DNA of 64,000 bases from Chiloscyllium plagiosum (lineage: Eukaryota). The stretch spans positions 8,692,066 to 8,756,065 of the forward strand of contig NC_057719.1 of assembly GCF_004010195.1 (NCBI RefSeq), written 5' to 3'. Both the position numbers and the translations under genes were made by a program. Below the pieces are notes generated by a model, which saw only the letters and a program-made list of their open reading frames with translations, was not told where the DNA came from and did not search any database. Below, in pieces: positions 25,370 to 37,943 of this stretch (position 1 is the first letter of the stretch; each line of letters opens with the position of its first letter).

Positions 25370-25880
25370 AAAACAGAAATTGCTGGAAAAGCTCAGCAGG
25401 CCGGGCAGCAGCTGTGGAGAGAAATCAGAGTTAACATCCTCAGAACTGATGATAGCTCGGAAAATGTCAGTTTATGGGCAGAAGATGGAGTTTGGGGAGA
25501 GCATAAAGAGTAATCCTCAGTGGGGATAGAGCACAAAGCGAGAGAAGAACAGTTGGACAGACAAAGGAGTGGATAATGATCTGGCTAAGAGGGTGAATAG
25601 CTGTTAATGGGGTCTGATAGTGGCTAGCTGAAAATGTGTTGCTGGAAAAGTGCAGCAGGTCAGGCAGCATCCAGGGAACAGGAGAATCGACGTTTTGGGC
25701 ATAAGCCCTTCTTCAGGGCTTATGCCCGAAATGTCGATTCTCCTGTTCCCTGGATGCTGCCTGACCTGCTGTGCTTTTCCAGCAACACATTTTCAGCTCT
25801 GATCTCCAGCATCTGCAGACCTCGCTTTCTCCTCTGATAGTGGCTAACATTGTTTTGTGTGCTAGAGCAGACTATGTGAT
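25370..25880 (-). mobile_element. Penelope-like element 3' region (family C), host of a nested insertion
   Basis: Homologous to 49170-49345 plus 49911-50080 and to 37047-37182. Confidence 0.65.
25627..25832. mobile_element. 206-bp palindromic Penelope pLTR insertion (family A)
   Basis: 14-bp TSD TCTGATAGTGGCTA at 25613-25626 and 25833-25846; inverted arms of about 84 bp (25626-25798) around the loop tcttc. Confidence 0.88.
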
Positions 25881-26869
25881 AAATGTTTAATGTTGAAAGG
25901 TATTAATCCAGGAAAAAGTGTGAGAATTCACTTTTCTCCAATCTTACAAGAGGCAACAAAGGCTAAACACTGTTGTGAAAATACATGTAAAATCAACGGA
26001 ATTCACCTGCTCACTGACAATTCAGAATCCAGTGTCATCCAGTGTAACCTCTCTTATGCCTTTGAGTTATAATGACAAAGATGTCCCCATCAGTCCAACA
26101 CCAGCACCTCCACATCATGAGTTACAATGAAGCCGGGCGCTCCTGGTTTGATTTTGCAACTTCTTAAGCACTGAGTTTCCCTTAATGAAAAATCACACAG
26201 CAACTGATTTCCACTGTCACCATAACCTTGCCCCCATCCCCATCCAGGATTCCTCACCTCCCCAGGATCAAGGCGAGGGGACATTAAACTAATGAGCATG
26301 CCCTCTTGAAACTGGTTATCCTTGCTATGGGTTTGCACATCACTGCGACACACTGGCAGACATTACATTTCCGAAGAGAGATTTAAAGATAGTACCAGGG
26401 AGAAATGAGGGGGTTCTTGCGTCCCCATACCCTCCTCCACTCTGAAGCCTAAACAGATCGGAAACATGTTTGTGAGCAGAGGCCCTTTAATAAGGCCCCT
26501 CCTACCACTGGGCAGGCAGTGATGTACACTCTGTACTGAGCTGGCAATCAGCAGATTCTCCACAGGAGATTTGCAAGGAACTGAGAGGACGTGATTGTTA
26601 GAGAGTCAGCTCCACTGAAAGGAGCTGAATGCCGTCATTGCCACACTCTCTTTGTTGGCACAGAGAAAAAAAAACGCTGTCAGAAAGACTTACATTTTTA
26701 GAGGGACGAGAGGAATCTAATTCGAGTCTGCAACACGCTAAAAGGGACTGACAAAGTACACGATTCCCCTTGTAGGGCATTCTAGAATGAGAGGTAATAG
26801 GTTAAGGCTGAGGGTTTGCAAACAGACATGAAGAGGAATTACATCTCTCAAAGGGTGGTGAATTAGAAG

Positions 26870-27308
26870 ATCATAAGACATAGGAGCAGAATGAGGCCAT
26901 TTGGCCCATCAAGTCTGCTCTGCCATTCAATCACGGCTGATCTGTTTCTCAACCCCATTCTCCTGTCTTCTCCCCATAACCCTTGATCCTCTTACTAATC
27001 AAGAGCCGATCTATCTCTGTCTTAAATACACTCAATGGCTTAGCCTCCACAGCCCTCTGAGGCAATGAGTTCCACAGAGTCACCACCCTCTGGCTGAAGA
27101 AATTCCTCTCAGTTCTGAAGGCTCATCCCTTCACTCTGAGGCTGTGCCCTCAGAACCTAGTCTCTCCTACCGGTGGAAACATCTTCTCTCCGTCGAATCA
27201 ATCCAGGCCTCTCAGTACTCTGTGAGTTTTAATCTGATTCCCCCTCATCCTTCTAAACTCCATTGAGCACAGACCCAGAGTCCTCAACCGCTCCGCGTAT
27301 GACAAGTC
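26870..27308 (-). mobile_element. CR1-type LINE 3' fragment (second subfamily)
   Basis: Homologous to 59440-59790; minus strand reads ...RNFFSQRVVTLWNSLPQRAVEA... with an aagaca-type tail. Confidence 0.75.
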
Positions 27309-27309
27309 C

Positions 27310-27544
27310 TGCAGTGACTATAATGAGGTCGGCTAGGTAGACAGCATAGAATATGAGATCCCTGATTGGGGCTGTTAATCCGGTCCAGTCAGGGAACCCT
27401 GGCTGACACATTTGAACAGGAGTGTCAATCATCCTGTTCACTCTGACAGCTGGCTCTGAGAGAGCTGGATCACTGTCAAGAACTTTCCGTGTGTAAATAA
27501 AGGGTGACCTGGTGACGGGATACTGGCTTCTACGGAGTTATTTA
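27310..27544 (+). mobile_element. Probable solo LTR of an LTR retrotransposon
   Basis: About 235 bp beginning TG and ending ttattta (a degenerate CA end). It has an internal inverted motif ccctgattgg/ccagtcaggg and AATAAA at 27496-27501. No clean TSD. Confidence 0.5.
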
Positions 27545-27547
27545 GTG

Positions 27548-28410
27548 TCATAAAGTCATAGAGATGTATAGTACAGAAACAGACACTTCGGTCGAACTTG
27601 TCCATGATGACCAGTTATCCTAAATTAATCTCGTTCCATTTGTCAGCACTTGGCCCATATCGTTCTAAACCCTTCCTATTCATATACCTATCCAGATGCA
27701 TTTTCAGTGTTGCAATTGCACCATCCTCCACCACTTACTTCCTCTGGCAGTTCTTTCCATACATGTACCACCCTCTGTGTGAAAACACTGCCCCTTAGAT
27801 CCCTTTCCAATCTTTCCCCTCTCACCTTAAACTTATGCCCTCTATTTTTGGACTCCGCTATTCCAGGGAAAAGACCTTGTCGATCTCCCCTATCCATGCC
27901 CCTCATGATTTTATAAACCTCTGTGAGGTCACCCCTCAGCCTCTGACACCCCAGGGAAAACAGCCCCAGCTTATTCAACCTCTCCCTATAGCTCAAATCC
28001 TCCAAATTCCAACATCCTTGTAAATCTTTTCTCAACACATTCAAGTTTCACAACATCCTTACTACAGCAGGGAGACCAGAATTGAACACAGTATTCCAAA
28101 GATATTCCGAGCAGTATTTCAAGTCCTTCATGTCTGGGATGATTCTTGTGGAACTCCCCTGGACTCCCCTCCATGGCCAGCACATCCCTCCTTACATACA
28201 GGACCCAAAACTGCTCTCAATATTCCACAGGCAGTCTGATTAGAGCATTACACAGCCTCAACAGTGCATCTCTGCTCTTGTATTCTAGCCCTCTCGAAAT
28301 GAATACCAACACTGCATTTGCCTTCCTAACTGCCAATTGAGCCTTAACAGAATCCTGAACTCCCAGATCCTTATGCTTCAGATTTCCGAAGGCGTCTCCT
28401 GTTTAGAAAA
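27548..28410 (-). mobile_element. Two abutting CR1 LINE fragments
   Basis: LEYCVQFWSP..KDVVKLE.VEKRFTRML...RLRGDLTEVYKIMRG on the minus strand; the second subfamily starts at about 28105. Confidence 0.85.
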
Positions 28411-29689
28411 CAGTCTGCACCCTCAGTCCTACATTGACTGCTGGTTCCTTCTCATAGCTGTCCCCCTCATTGCTTTGCCTGAAATTAAATTCCTGACCCT
28501 TTCCATATCCTCTGTGGACTTCACTTCTCCAAATCGTGGTGGACGCTGGGACACTGAATAACTTTAAGGAGGAGATTTTTGCAGAGTGGCTACGGAGAGC
28601 GGGCAGGAGAGTGGAGGTGAGGCCAGATTGAGATCAGCCATGATCCTATTAAATGGCGGAGGGACTAAACTGCCTCCTCCTGCTCCTAGCTTTTTGTTTC
28701 AGTCCTTGTACAGCACCTGTTCTGGATGTTTCATGTCCCAAAGCCAATGCATTGCTTTCTAACCTGATGCCAAATGTTGTGAATTGCAGTGAATTGTTGC
28801 AGACACAGATACTCCCTTGAACAAACAATGTGATGAGCTCCAGGTAATCTGTTTTGGGGATGTTGATTGAGAGATAAATTCTGGGCCAGGCAACAGTGGA
28901 GAGTTGTTTGAAATAGTGTTTATGTCAAGGCGAAGAAAGCAAAGGCAGGTGACGGACCTTGGATCTGAAATATGGAACCTCTGATCAGCCAAATGGCTCT
29001 AGTCTCTATCCCTCCTGATGCGGGGCAGGAGTACACCCCAGTGATCCAAGTCTGACCATACTCTACTCTCAATTGCCAATGTGGTGCACTGAGTTGCTAC
29101 TTCACCTTCTGAAGGATGGAACTGTATAATTTAGAAGATTCATCTCTACAACAGTGGCTCACTTTATATGGGCTCGGCCCCAAATTGAGCAGATTTGAAG
29201 GGCCAAATGGCCTCCTCCTGGCCCTTATGTTTTGCAAGGAGCTTACCCAAGAAAGATAAGTTGAGGTATTCATCTTAACAGTACTTGCAGCCCTTCATGT
29301 GGTGACATGGTGCTAAAGGTGCTGGACTGATACTCCACAGGGCTTCCAGGTTAATGTTCTGGTGGGTGTCTATGGGTTCAAATCCCACCATAGTAGCTGT
29401 TGGAATTGTAACGCTAGTCTCAACACCAATGACTCGGCCAACTATCATGGATTTTATCTGGTTTAATAATGTTCTTTGAGGAAGCAAATCTGGCGTCCTT
29501 ATCTTGTCTGGCCTGCTTGTGTCCTGACCCATAGTAGTTGACACACTGCCTTCTGAAAGGGACAAGTAAATAATTCAAGGGGCAATTAGGGACCGGCAGC
29601 AAATACTGGCCTTGCTGATGACCACATCCCACCGAAGAATGAAGACTGTAATAGATCTGGTGAGAGTCATTGTTACATTTACTGGAACA

Positions 29690-30600
29690 CTTACAACGGT
29701 ATCGCTCTGGAACAGGCCCTTCGGCCCACAAAGCCTGTACTGACACATGAGGCCTTCCTAAATTAAAAGCCTCTACACAGTCTATCTCTCTATTCCCTGT
29801 TCATTCATATACCTATCAAGAATCCTCTTAAAGACTGCTACTCTATCTGCCTCCATCACCTTCTCTAGCAGCACATTCCAGACAATTACCATCTTCTGTG
29901 TAAAAATCTTGCCTCGATATTACCTTTAAATTTACCCCTCTTTCCTTCACCCTAAGTCCCTTAGTAACTGACATTTCCACGATAGGCAAAAGATTTCGAC
30001 TCCCTGGAGCGTCAGAGGCTGAGGGGTGACCTTATCGAGGTTTATAAAATCATGAGGGGCTTAGATAGGATAAATAGACAAGATCTTTTCCTTGGGGCGG
30101 GGGAGTCCAGAACTAGAGGGCATAGGTTTAGGGTGAGAAGGGAAACATATAAAAGGGACCTAAGGGGCAACCTTTTCAAGGGTGATGCGTGCGTGGAATG
30201 CGCTGCCAGAGGAAGTGGTGGAGGCTGGTATAATTACAGCATTTAAAAGGCATCTGGATGGGTATATGAATAGGAAGGGATTAGAGGGATATAGGAAAAT
30301 AGAGGAATAAAGTGCAGGCAAATGGGACTAGATTAGGATAGGATATCTGGTCAGCAAAGACGAGTTGGACTGAAGGGTCTGTTTCTGCGCTGTACCTCTC
30401 TATGACTCTATCCATTCTATCCGTGCCTCTCAAAATTTTGTAAACTTCGATTAGATCACTCCTCATCATTTGACGTTCAAGTAAAAACAAACCAAGTTTG
30501 TCCAAACTCTCTTCATAGCTAATACCGTCCAGACTAGGAAACTTCCTGATAAATAATTTCTGTACCCTCTCTAAAGCCTCCACACCTGTCTGGTAATGTG
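29690..30600. mobile_element. Minus-strand CR1 fragment interrupted by a plus-strand CR1/HER1 3' fragment (about 30000-30410)
   Basis: Plus strand SLERQRLRGDLIEVYKIMRGLDR...; flanks read VEALERVQKLFIRKFP...DLIEVYKILRG on the minus strand. Confidence 0.8.
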
Positions 30601-30639
30601 GTGAGCCCCCCCACCACGCCCCTACCTCCCCTGCCCCTA

Positions 30640-31730
30640 TCAGACCCTGGAGACATGTCTGCCTTAACACTTTTCAAAGACTTCCTCCTTTTTTATATCA
30701 ACATACCTGGAATATCAACATACCCCTCTCCAGACTCACAATCCACCACATCCTCCTCCTTTGTGAATACTGATGCAAAATATTCATTAAGGACATCACC
30801 CAATTCCTCTGTCTCCATGAACAAATTCCTTCTTGAGAGGACCTACCATTTCCCTAGCTACCCTCTTGTGCCTTACATATGTATAAAATGCCTTGGGATT
30901 TTCATTAAACGTGTTTGCCTAAGATATTTATTAGCCCCTTTTGGTCTTCTTAATTCCTTGTTTGAGGTCTTCCCTGCTATCTTTGAGGGCTCTATCTGTC
31001 TTCAGTTTCATAAACCCTACATATGCCTCCTTTTTCTTTTAAGCCTCTCAATTCCTCTTGTCATCAAAGATTCCTGAATATTGCCATTCTTATCCTTCAT
31101 TTTCACAGGAACCTGCTCGTCCTGAACTCTAATGAACTGGCCTTTAAAGATTCCCACGTGGCCATGTGTGGATTTACCCTCAAACTGCCTCCACCAGTCA
31201 ACATTCCCAGTTTCTTCCTAATATTGTAGTAGTTAGCCTTCCCCTAGTGAAATACTTTCACCCAAGGACTTCTCTTGGCCATATCCATAAGTAACTTAAA
31301 TCTTACAGAATTATGGTCACTGTTCATGAAATGTTCCCGCATTGAAACTTCAACCACCTGGCTGGCCCCATTCCCCAATATTAGGTCAGCATGTCCCCTT
31401 CCTCTGTTGGACTATTTACATATTATTTCAAAAATCCATCCTTGACACACCTAACAACTCCCTCCCCCATCCAGACCCCTGGCACTAAGTGAGTCCCAGA
31501 CAATACAGAGGAGGTTTAAGATGACCCACCACAATGATCCTGTTTTTTCGTTTTTCCATGATCTGTTCACATACCTGTTCCTCTATCTCCCTTGGGCTGT
31601 TGGGAGGTTTGGAGTCCAGTTCCATCAAAGTGATTGCACCCTTCCTATTCCTGAGCACTCCCCATATGGCCTCACTGGATATCCCTCCCTCAGTATAGCC
31701 GTGATATTCTGCCGAATCAGCGACACAGCG
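30640..31730 (-). mobile_element. CR1 ORF2 endonuclease/linker fragment, decayed
   Basis: SEAIWGVLRNRKGAITLM...KPPNSPREIEEQVCEQI...IIVVG on the minus strand. Confidence 0.8.
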
Positions 31731-33089
31731 TCCACAGGTCGGTATGGACTTGTTGGGCCGAAGGGCCTGTTTCCACACTGTAATTTAATCTAAATCTAAA
31801 TGTTGCTTGACAGCTTCCCCATCTCCTTTACATCCCTCTATCCCTCACCTGAAACATTTAAATCCCGGAATGTTAAGCTGCCAGTCTTGTTTTGTCTCTT
31901 TCTCTCAATCAACTTACATTAATTATATTTACGGTCTCATCTCCCGCCTTTTCTGAGAACACAATGAGAGATTGAGATCCTCAGTTCCACACTAATACAG
32001 CCCCTTTAAAAATCTCGAATTTAGGAACTTTCGGAGCCAGCATTTCAAGGGGCAGCAACTGTGTGAGAAACCTTGCTGCACCAGTAATCGCTTTAACGGT
32101 AAAACCTAAGGAAATTGTCAGCATTAGAATGTAAGACGCTGACTTTTCATCCCTGTTCAAATTCTGTTGAAACGGCTGCACCGACAATCCCTCAATCGGT
32201 AAGGATCTGAGGTGATATTATGAGTCAGTCTTAATGCAGTTCTTTAGTGAGTGTGAGTCAACAGCATAAAGCTCCCCCTAATCCGACACTAAATTGGCTG
32301 ATGTGAGGATGCAGTAAGATCACCCTGGCTCTTTCTTGAGGTCATGCTGTGGTTCACTGCATTAGAGAGAGGTTTATTCCACATGTAACTGCACTGCACT
32401 TGATGCTGGTGCCCAAAGTGAATGAATGTATCCCATTACCCTGCGATAAAATCCCTCACCTTGATGGAAAAGAAAATGAGAGAGCTTTTAGAAAATCACC
32501 AGGTACTTGTTTCTTTTTGTATCAGAGTAGAATTTGTCCTCATCGTTTCAGATTGCTCCTTTCACTCCTTACTTCACCGTCAACATCAATTCCCAGACCA
32601 AGCTGGCAATGAGACCTCTCTATTTGTTTCAGAGGGATGCAGATCAGAAGAACCTCCCTACACCACAAGACAGCACGCTATAACTGCCCAGTGACAATCT
32701 ACATGCAAACATTAGAAATAGCAGCAGAAATAGATCATTCAGCCCCTCAACCCTGCTCCACCGTTCAATAAGATTAAGGCTAATTCACTTGTGGTCATAA
32801 CTGCACATGGCTCTCATAACCCTTGATGAGAAATCAAAAATCTACCCAACTCAGCTTTGAATAAACTTAATGACCCCAGCTTGAATGTTTACTGAGGAAG
32901 AGATTTCCAACACAAGGGACCATTGAAAAGAAGACGTTCCTCCTCGCTTCCATCCCAAATAAGAGACCATTGATTCTTAAACTGCGCCTGAGAGTCCCAG
33001 GCTCCCCCATGAGGGGAAACATCTCTCAGGATTTGCCCTTTCAATCCCTCGCAGAAGCTTCTCTGTCTCAACAGATTCTCCTGAACAGA

Positions 33090-33690
33090 ATCATAGGGTC
33101 ATACAGCATGGAAACAGAGCCTTCGGTCCAACCAATCCATGCCAACCATGTTCACAAACTAAACTTGTCCCACCTGCTTGCGTTTGGCCCAAATCCACCA
33201 AAGCTTTCCTATTCATGAACTTATCCAAATGTCTTTTAAATGTTGCAACTGTACCCGCATCCACCACTTCCTCAGGAAGTTCATTCCATACATGAACCGC
33301 TCGCTGTAGAATAAAGTTGTCCCTCGTGTCCTTTTTAAATCTTCCTCCTCTCACCTTAAACATATGCCCCTTCGTTATTAACTCTCCCCGTTAGGGAAAT
33401 AACCTTGTCGTTTACCTTCTCTATGCTCCTCATGATTTCATAAACCTCTATAAGGTCACCCCTCAACCTCCTCCGCTCCAGTGGAAAGGTGTCCCAGTCT
33501 TTCCCACGTATTTTTATATCTCAAGCCCTCCATCCTGGTAAATCTTTTCTGAACCCTCTCCAGTTTAATAATATCCTTCCTATAACAGGGTGACCAGAAC
33601 TGCCTAGAGTACTCCAGAAGAGACCTCACCAACATCCTGTACGACCTCAACATGACACCCCAACTCCTAAACGCAAAGATCAAATACCAA
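33090..33690 (-). mobile_element. CR1/HER1-like LINE 3' fragment
   Basis: LVRSLLEY..QFWSPCYRKDIIKLERVQKRFTRM and ...VWNELPEEVVDAG on the minus strand. Confidence 0.9.
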
Positions 33691-35152
33691 TGAGTAAATC
33701 CCCAACCTGCTCTCCTCATATGGCTATCCAGGAATCAACCTTCTCTGAAATGCCTCCAATGCCCAGGCATTGTGGTTATGTCACTGGCCCATTAACCCAG
33801 AAGCCTGGATTAATGATCCAGTGACAGGAGTTCAAATCCCAACACGGTAGCTGGGAATCTACATTCTGTTTAGTCAACAAACACAGACGTTATTTTTAGA
33901 TCAGTAATGGTGGCCGTGGTGTAAAACCCTATCTGGCAAATTCAGGAAGGAAATCTGCTAAAGCTATTTAGGCTAGTGTACACATATGCCCAAATCCACA
34001 GTAATCTATTCAACTACACGAAATAGCACTGCAGTTTATTCATTTACACCAGACTGGGATCTTCAGAAAGGCAGCCTGTGTGCAAGTTGAGAGAAATAAT
34101 ATATGCATCATGAAATTGAATAAGGAAAATAAAGAAACAGACAAATCACAACATGCACTGAATCCTGAGTGACACATTTTCTTCTTATTCATTCATGGGA
34201 TGTGGCCATCAGGTCACATTCATGGCATGTGTTGTACACCCTAATTGCTCTTAATAAGGTCTTAAGAAGGCCTTGGTGAGCTGCCTTCTGGAACTACAGT
34301 CCTTCAGGTGTAGGATAATGTCATCAGGGAGTTCCCAGGATTTTGACCCTGCAACAGGAAAGGAACTTGTGATTCATTTGCATGTCAGGGTGGTGAATGG
34401 TTTGGAGGGGAACTTGCAGTGAGTGGTGTTCCCATGTATCTGCTGCCCTTGTCCTTCTAGATGAAAGTGGCCAAGGGTTTGCAGGTTGCTGGCTGAATAA
34501 TCCTTGGTGAGCTGCTGTTGTGCATCTTGTAGATCATGTTGTTATTGCGCGTAGGTGCTGACTGGGGAGAATATGGATGTGGGTGGATCAGGTGCAAATC
34601 AAGTGATTGATTTGACCTGGATGCTGTCAATCATTTTGAGTGTTGTTGAAGCTGCACTTCTTCGGTTAGGTGGGGAGTACTGCATCACACTTCAGATGAG
34701 CGCTTTGGGGGTAGCACAGACATTTAGTGGAACAGATGGTGGTCTACCAACATGAAAACAACAGTGCCACCAAGGAAGAGATGGGCATACTTGTACTTTG
34801 ATATGGGTGGTCTCCAGGATAATTTTTTATTAGTTCCTATTCTGAAGATGATAAAACATAAGAGGTCATTTTCCCCATTGAGTCTGCTCTACCTTTCATT
34901 GAGATCATGGATGACCTGATAATCCTCAACTTCACTTTCCTGCCTTTTCCCCTTTGACTTGGTCCTTTACTGGTTAAAAATCTATCTCAGCTTTGATTAT
35001 ATTCACTTTCTTCATTAGTACTGATCCCTGTGGCACGCTACTAGTTACTGATTGTCACCATGACAATGCCCAGCCTTATCCCCAACTCTCTGTCATCTAT
35101 TAGCTAGCCAATGCTCTACCCATACTGATATATTGCCTCCAACATAGGCACT

Positions 35153-35455
35153 TATAGAGTCATAGAGATGTACAGCGTGGAAACAGACTCTTCGGTCCAA
35201 CCAGTCCATGCTGACCAGATATCCCAACCCAAACTAGTCCCACCTGCCAGCACCCGGCCTATATCTCTCCAAACCCTTCCTATTCATATACTCATCCAAA
35301 TGCCTCTTAAATGTTGCAATTGTACCAGTCTTCACTACTTCCTCTGGCAACTCATTCCATACACGTACCACCCTCTGCGTGAAAACGTTGCCCCGTAGGT
35401 CTCTTTTATATCTTTCCCCTCTCACCCTAAACCTATGCTCTCTAGTTCTGGACAA
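35153..35455 (-). mobile_element. CR1/HER1-like LINE 3' fragment
   Basis: SRTREHRFRVRGERYKRDLRGNVFTQRVVRVWNELP with tail. Confidence 0.9.
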
Positions 35456-36309
35456 CTTATCTTATTAAGTAACCTAATGTGTCACACCTTATCAAACATC
35501 TTCTGAAAATCCAAATTATGACATCCACTGCTTTAACTATCTTGTTTGGTACCCCCTCATTGAGATCTTCATGGCGATGCGGCTTGAATCTGCTCTTGCG
35601 TCCTTCATAATCAACATTTTCCCAAGTATGGACGTTAAGCTAACTGGTCCATAGTTACCTGTGTTTTTGTTCTCCTTCCCTTTTTGAAATAAAGGCTTTA
35701 CATTGGCAGTTTTCCAATCCTCTGGGACTTAACCAGTATCTACGGATTTCTGGAAGATTACCACCAATGCATTTCTGTGGCTACTTCCCTTCTCATCCTA
35801 TCCTTTTGCAGGAGTCAGATTTACTTATTTATCCACTGAAACCACCTGTTGGAATTTTTCTGTCTTGTCTTTAATTTCAAAGCCATTAAGCAATGAGTCA
35901 CATAATGATAAGATATACAAGTGAAGTCTGTAGTTCAGTTAAGTACATAGAGCATTGAGAAAGAAAGATGGCTGAGGTACATCATAACCCCACAAAGTGA
36001 CATATTAACTTAAATTAATATATTTTCTTTGAGATTGTGTTGTGAGTTAGTGTTCCTTTAAGGGGCCGCATTTGGACTCATTTGCTTTAAATTGAGTTCA
36101 TTTTATTCCTGGTTATTCAAAATAGTATAGAGAAAGGCTGCAGGGACACAGGTTGGTGAGGAAGAGGCAGATGTATGTGCCATTGAGTGTTTTATAAAAT
36201 AACTATCCAGAAATGGCTTTACATTTAATTTCATACTTGCTCATCTTGTTTGGGAGCTATTTATCACCTTACACATGCATTGTATTGCAGACATAGTATG
36301 CATCTCTAG

Positions 36310-36780
36310 GACAGCCTCACCCACCAACCCCACCGCCCTGTGTCTGAACACTTTAATTCCCCTTCTCACTCTGTCAAGGACATGCTGGTCCTGGGCCTCC
36401 TCCACCGCCTAACCATTACCACCTGATGCCTGGAGGAAGAGCACCTTATATTCCACCTTGGGACCCTGCAACCACACGGGATAAATGTGGATTTCAACAG
36501 CTTCTTCCTGTCCCCTCCTCCATGTTATCCCAGTCCCTAGCCTCCAACTTGGCACAGCCCTCTGAATCTGTCCATCACTCCCCCCACCTTCTCCCTGACC
36601 TTCATCCACCTATCGCTTTCCCAGCTACCTCCCTCCAAACCACACCCCCTCCCATTTATCTCTCTGCCTCGACCCACAAGCCTCATTCCTGATGATGGGC
36701 TTACGCCCGAAACATCGACTGTCCTGATCCTTGGATGCTGCCTGACCTGCTGTGCTTTTCCAGCACCACACTCTTGACTC
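36310..36780 (+). mobile_element. Penelope-like element: GIY-YIG C-terminus plus pLTR with hammerhead motif (36689-36716)
   Basis: Decayed ...PVSEHFNSPSHSVKDMLVLGLLH...LEEEHLIFHLGTLQPHGINVDFNSF, then attcCTGATGAtgggcttacgcccGAAACATC. Confidence 0.85.
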
Positions 36781-36794
36781 TTGCACACATAGTA

Positions 36795-37460
36795 TGTACA
36801 GTTCTAGTCACCACACTACCAGAAGGATGTGGATACCTTGGAGAGGGTACAGAAAAGATTTATCAGGATGTTTTCTGGTATGCGGAATGTAGCTATGAAG
36901 AAAGGTTGGATAGACTGGATTTGTTTTCACTGGAACACAGGAGATTGAGGGGCAACCTGATAGGAGTTTATAAGATTGTGAATGGCATGGATAGAGTGGA
37001 AAATATGAGGCTTTTTCCCAGGGTGGAGGGGTCAATTACTAGAGGAAATAAAAACTGATAGAATTGTAGATGCTGTAAATCAGAGACAAAAACAGAAATT
37101 GCTGGAAAAGCTCAGCAGGTCTGGCAGCATCTGTGCAGAGAAATCAGTGTTAACGTTTTGGGTGCAGTGATCCTTCCTCAGAACTAGGGGAGACAAGGTG
37201 CCTGGCAGGGGAGTTTGAAAGAGATGTGTGAGACGAGTGTTTCACACAAAGGGTGGTGAGTGCATGGAACATGCTGCCAGAGGAAGTGGCGGAAGCAGAC
37301 ACAATCGCAGCATTCAGGAAACACCTGGATGAATAGATGAAGAGGAAGGGAATAGAGGATTCTGTAAGTGAAGACAGTTTTAGTATGGAAGGGCAAAATG
37401 TGTCAGCACAGGGTTGCAGGGCTGAAGGGCTTGTTCCTGTGTTGTATTGTTCTTTGTTCT
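36795..37460 (+). mobile_element. CR1 LINE 3' fragment interrupted by a Penelope mini-insertion (37047-37182)
   Basis: SYEERLDRLDLFSLEHRRLRGNLIGVYKI; the sequence resumes after the near-TSD actagagga/actagggga. Confidence 0.85.
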
Positions 37461-37771
37461 TTATAGCTCAGGAGGAGGCCTAATGTTCCATGCTTGTGTT
37501 CACGTTCTACACAAGTCTGCTCCTATGTTTCTCCTCCTCTGTTCCCTTGTATCTCATGTTTGTGGCGAGCTTCCCCTTACATACGTCTCTGTTAACTTTG
37601 CATCAACTCCTTGTGAGAACGAGTCCCACATTCTCCTGATTCTGTTATTTGAAATCAGACTTGGCATGCCCATTATAATTCCACTGTTTCACAACCACAC
37701 TGTCACAAAGTCTCCAACATCTGGTCCTTTACTCAGAACAGTGTAAAGATAGACAGGACAGTAACACTCAC

Positions 37772-37943
37772 CTGTCGGGTAGAATTCATTCACGGCCCAG
37801 TTATCCACCTGCAGGGTCGCATTGCCCCCATTCCTGGTAAAACGTACCAAGTGGTAATTCCCATCATTCACCACGTTGCTGGACTCCTTGATGACAATGT
37901 CATCTGTACCAACGTTGAAAACAACGCTGATCTTGCCTTGTTC
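37772..37943 (-). CDS. NRXN: Internal coding exon (172 nt, phase 0 to 1) of a neurexin; LNS6/laminin-G domain exon immediately 5' of splice site 4; closest to NRXN3 but divergent
   Basis: Translates to [57 protein letters not shown](G), matching the neurexin motif QGKI.V.FN.GT.DI...[24 protein letters not shown]. Acceptor is T-run-gtcctttgcag|GAA and donor is ACAG|gtgagt. Length and phase fit the homologous vertebrate neurexin exon. Paralog identity is uncertain. Confidence 0.96.

Noticed and set aside
26686..26745. Small minus-strand exon candidate (AAT|gtaagt donor)
   Set aside because: Possible lengths are 34 or 44 nt, not frame-preserving, and there is no neurexin similarity.
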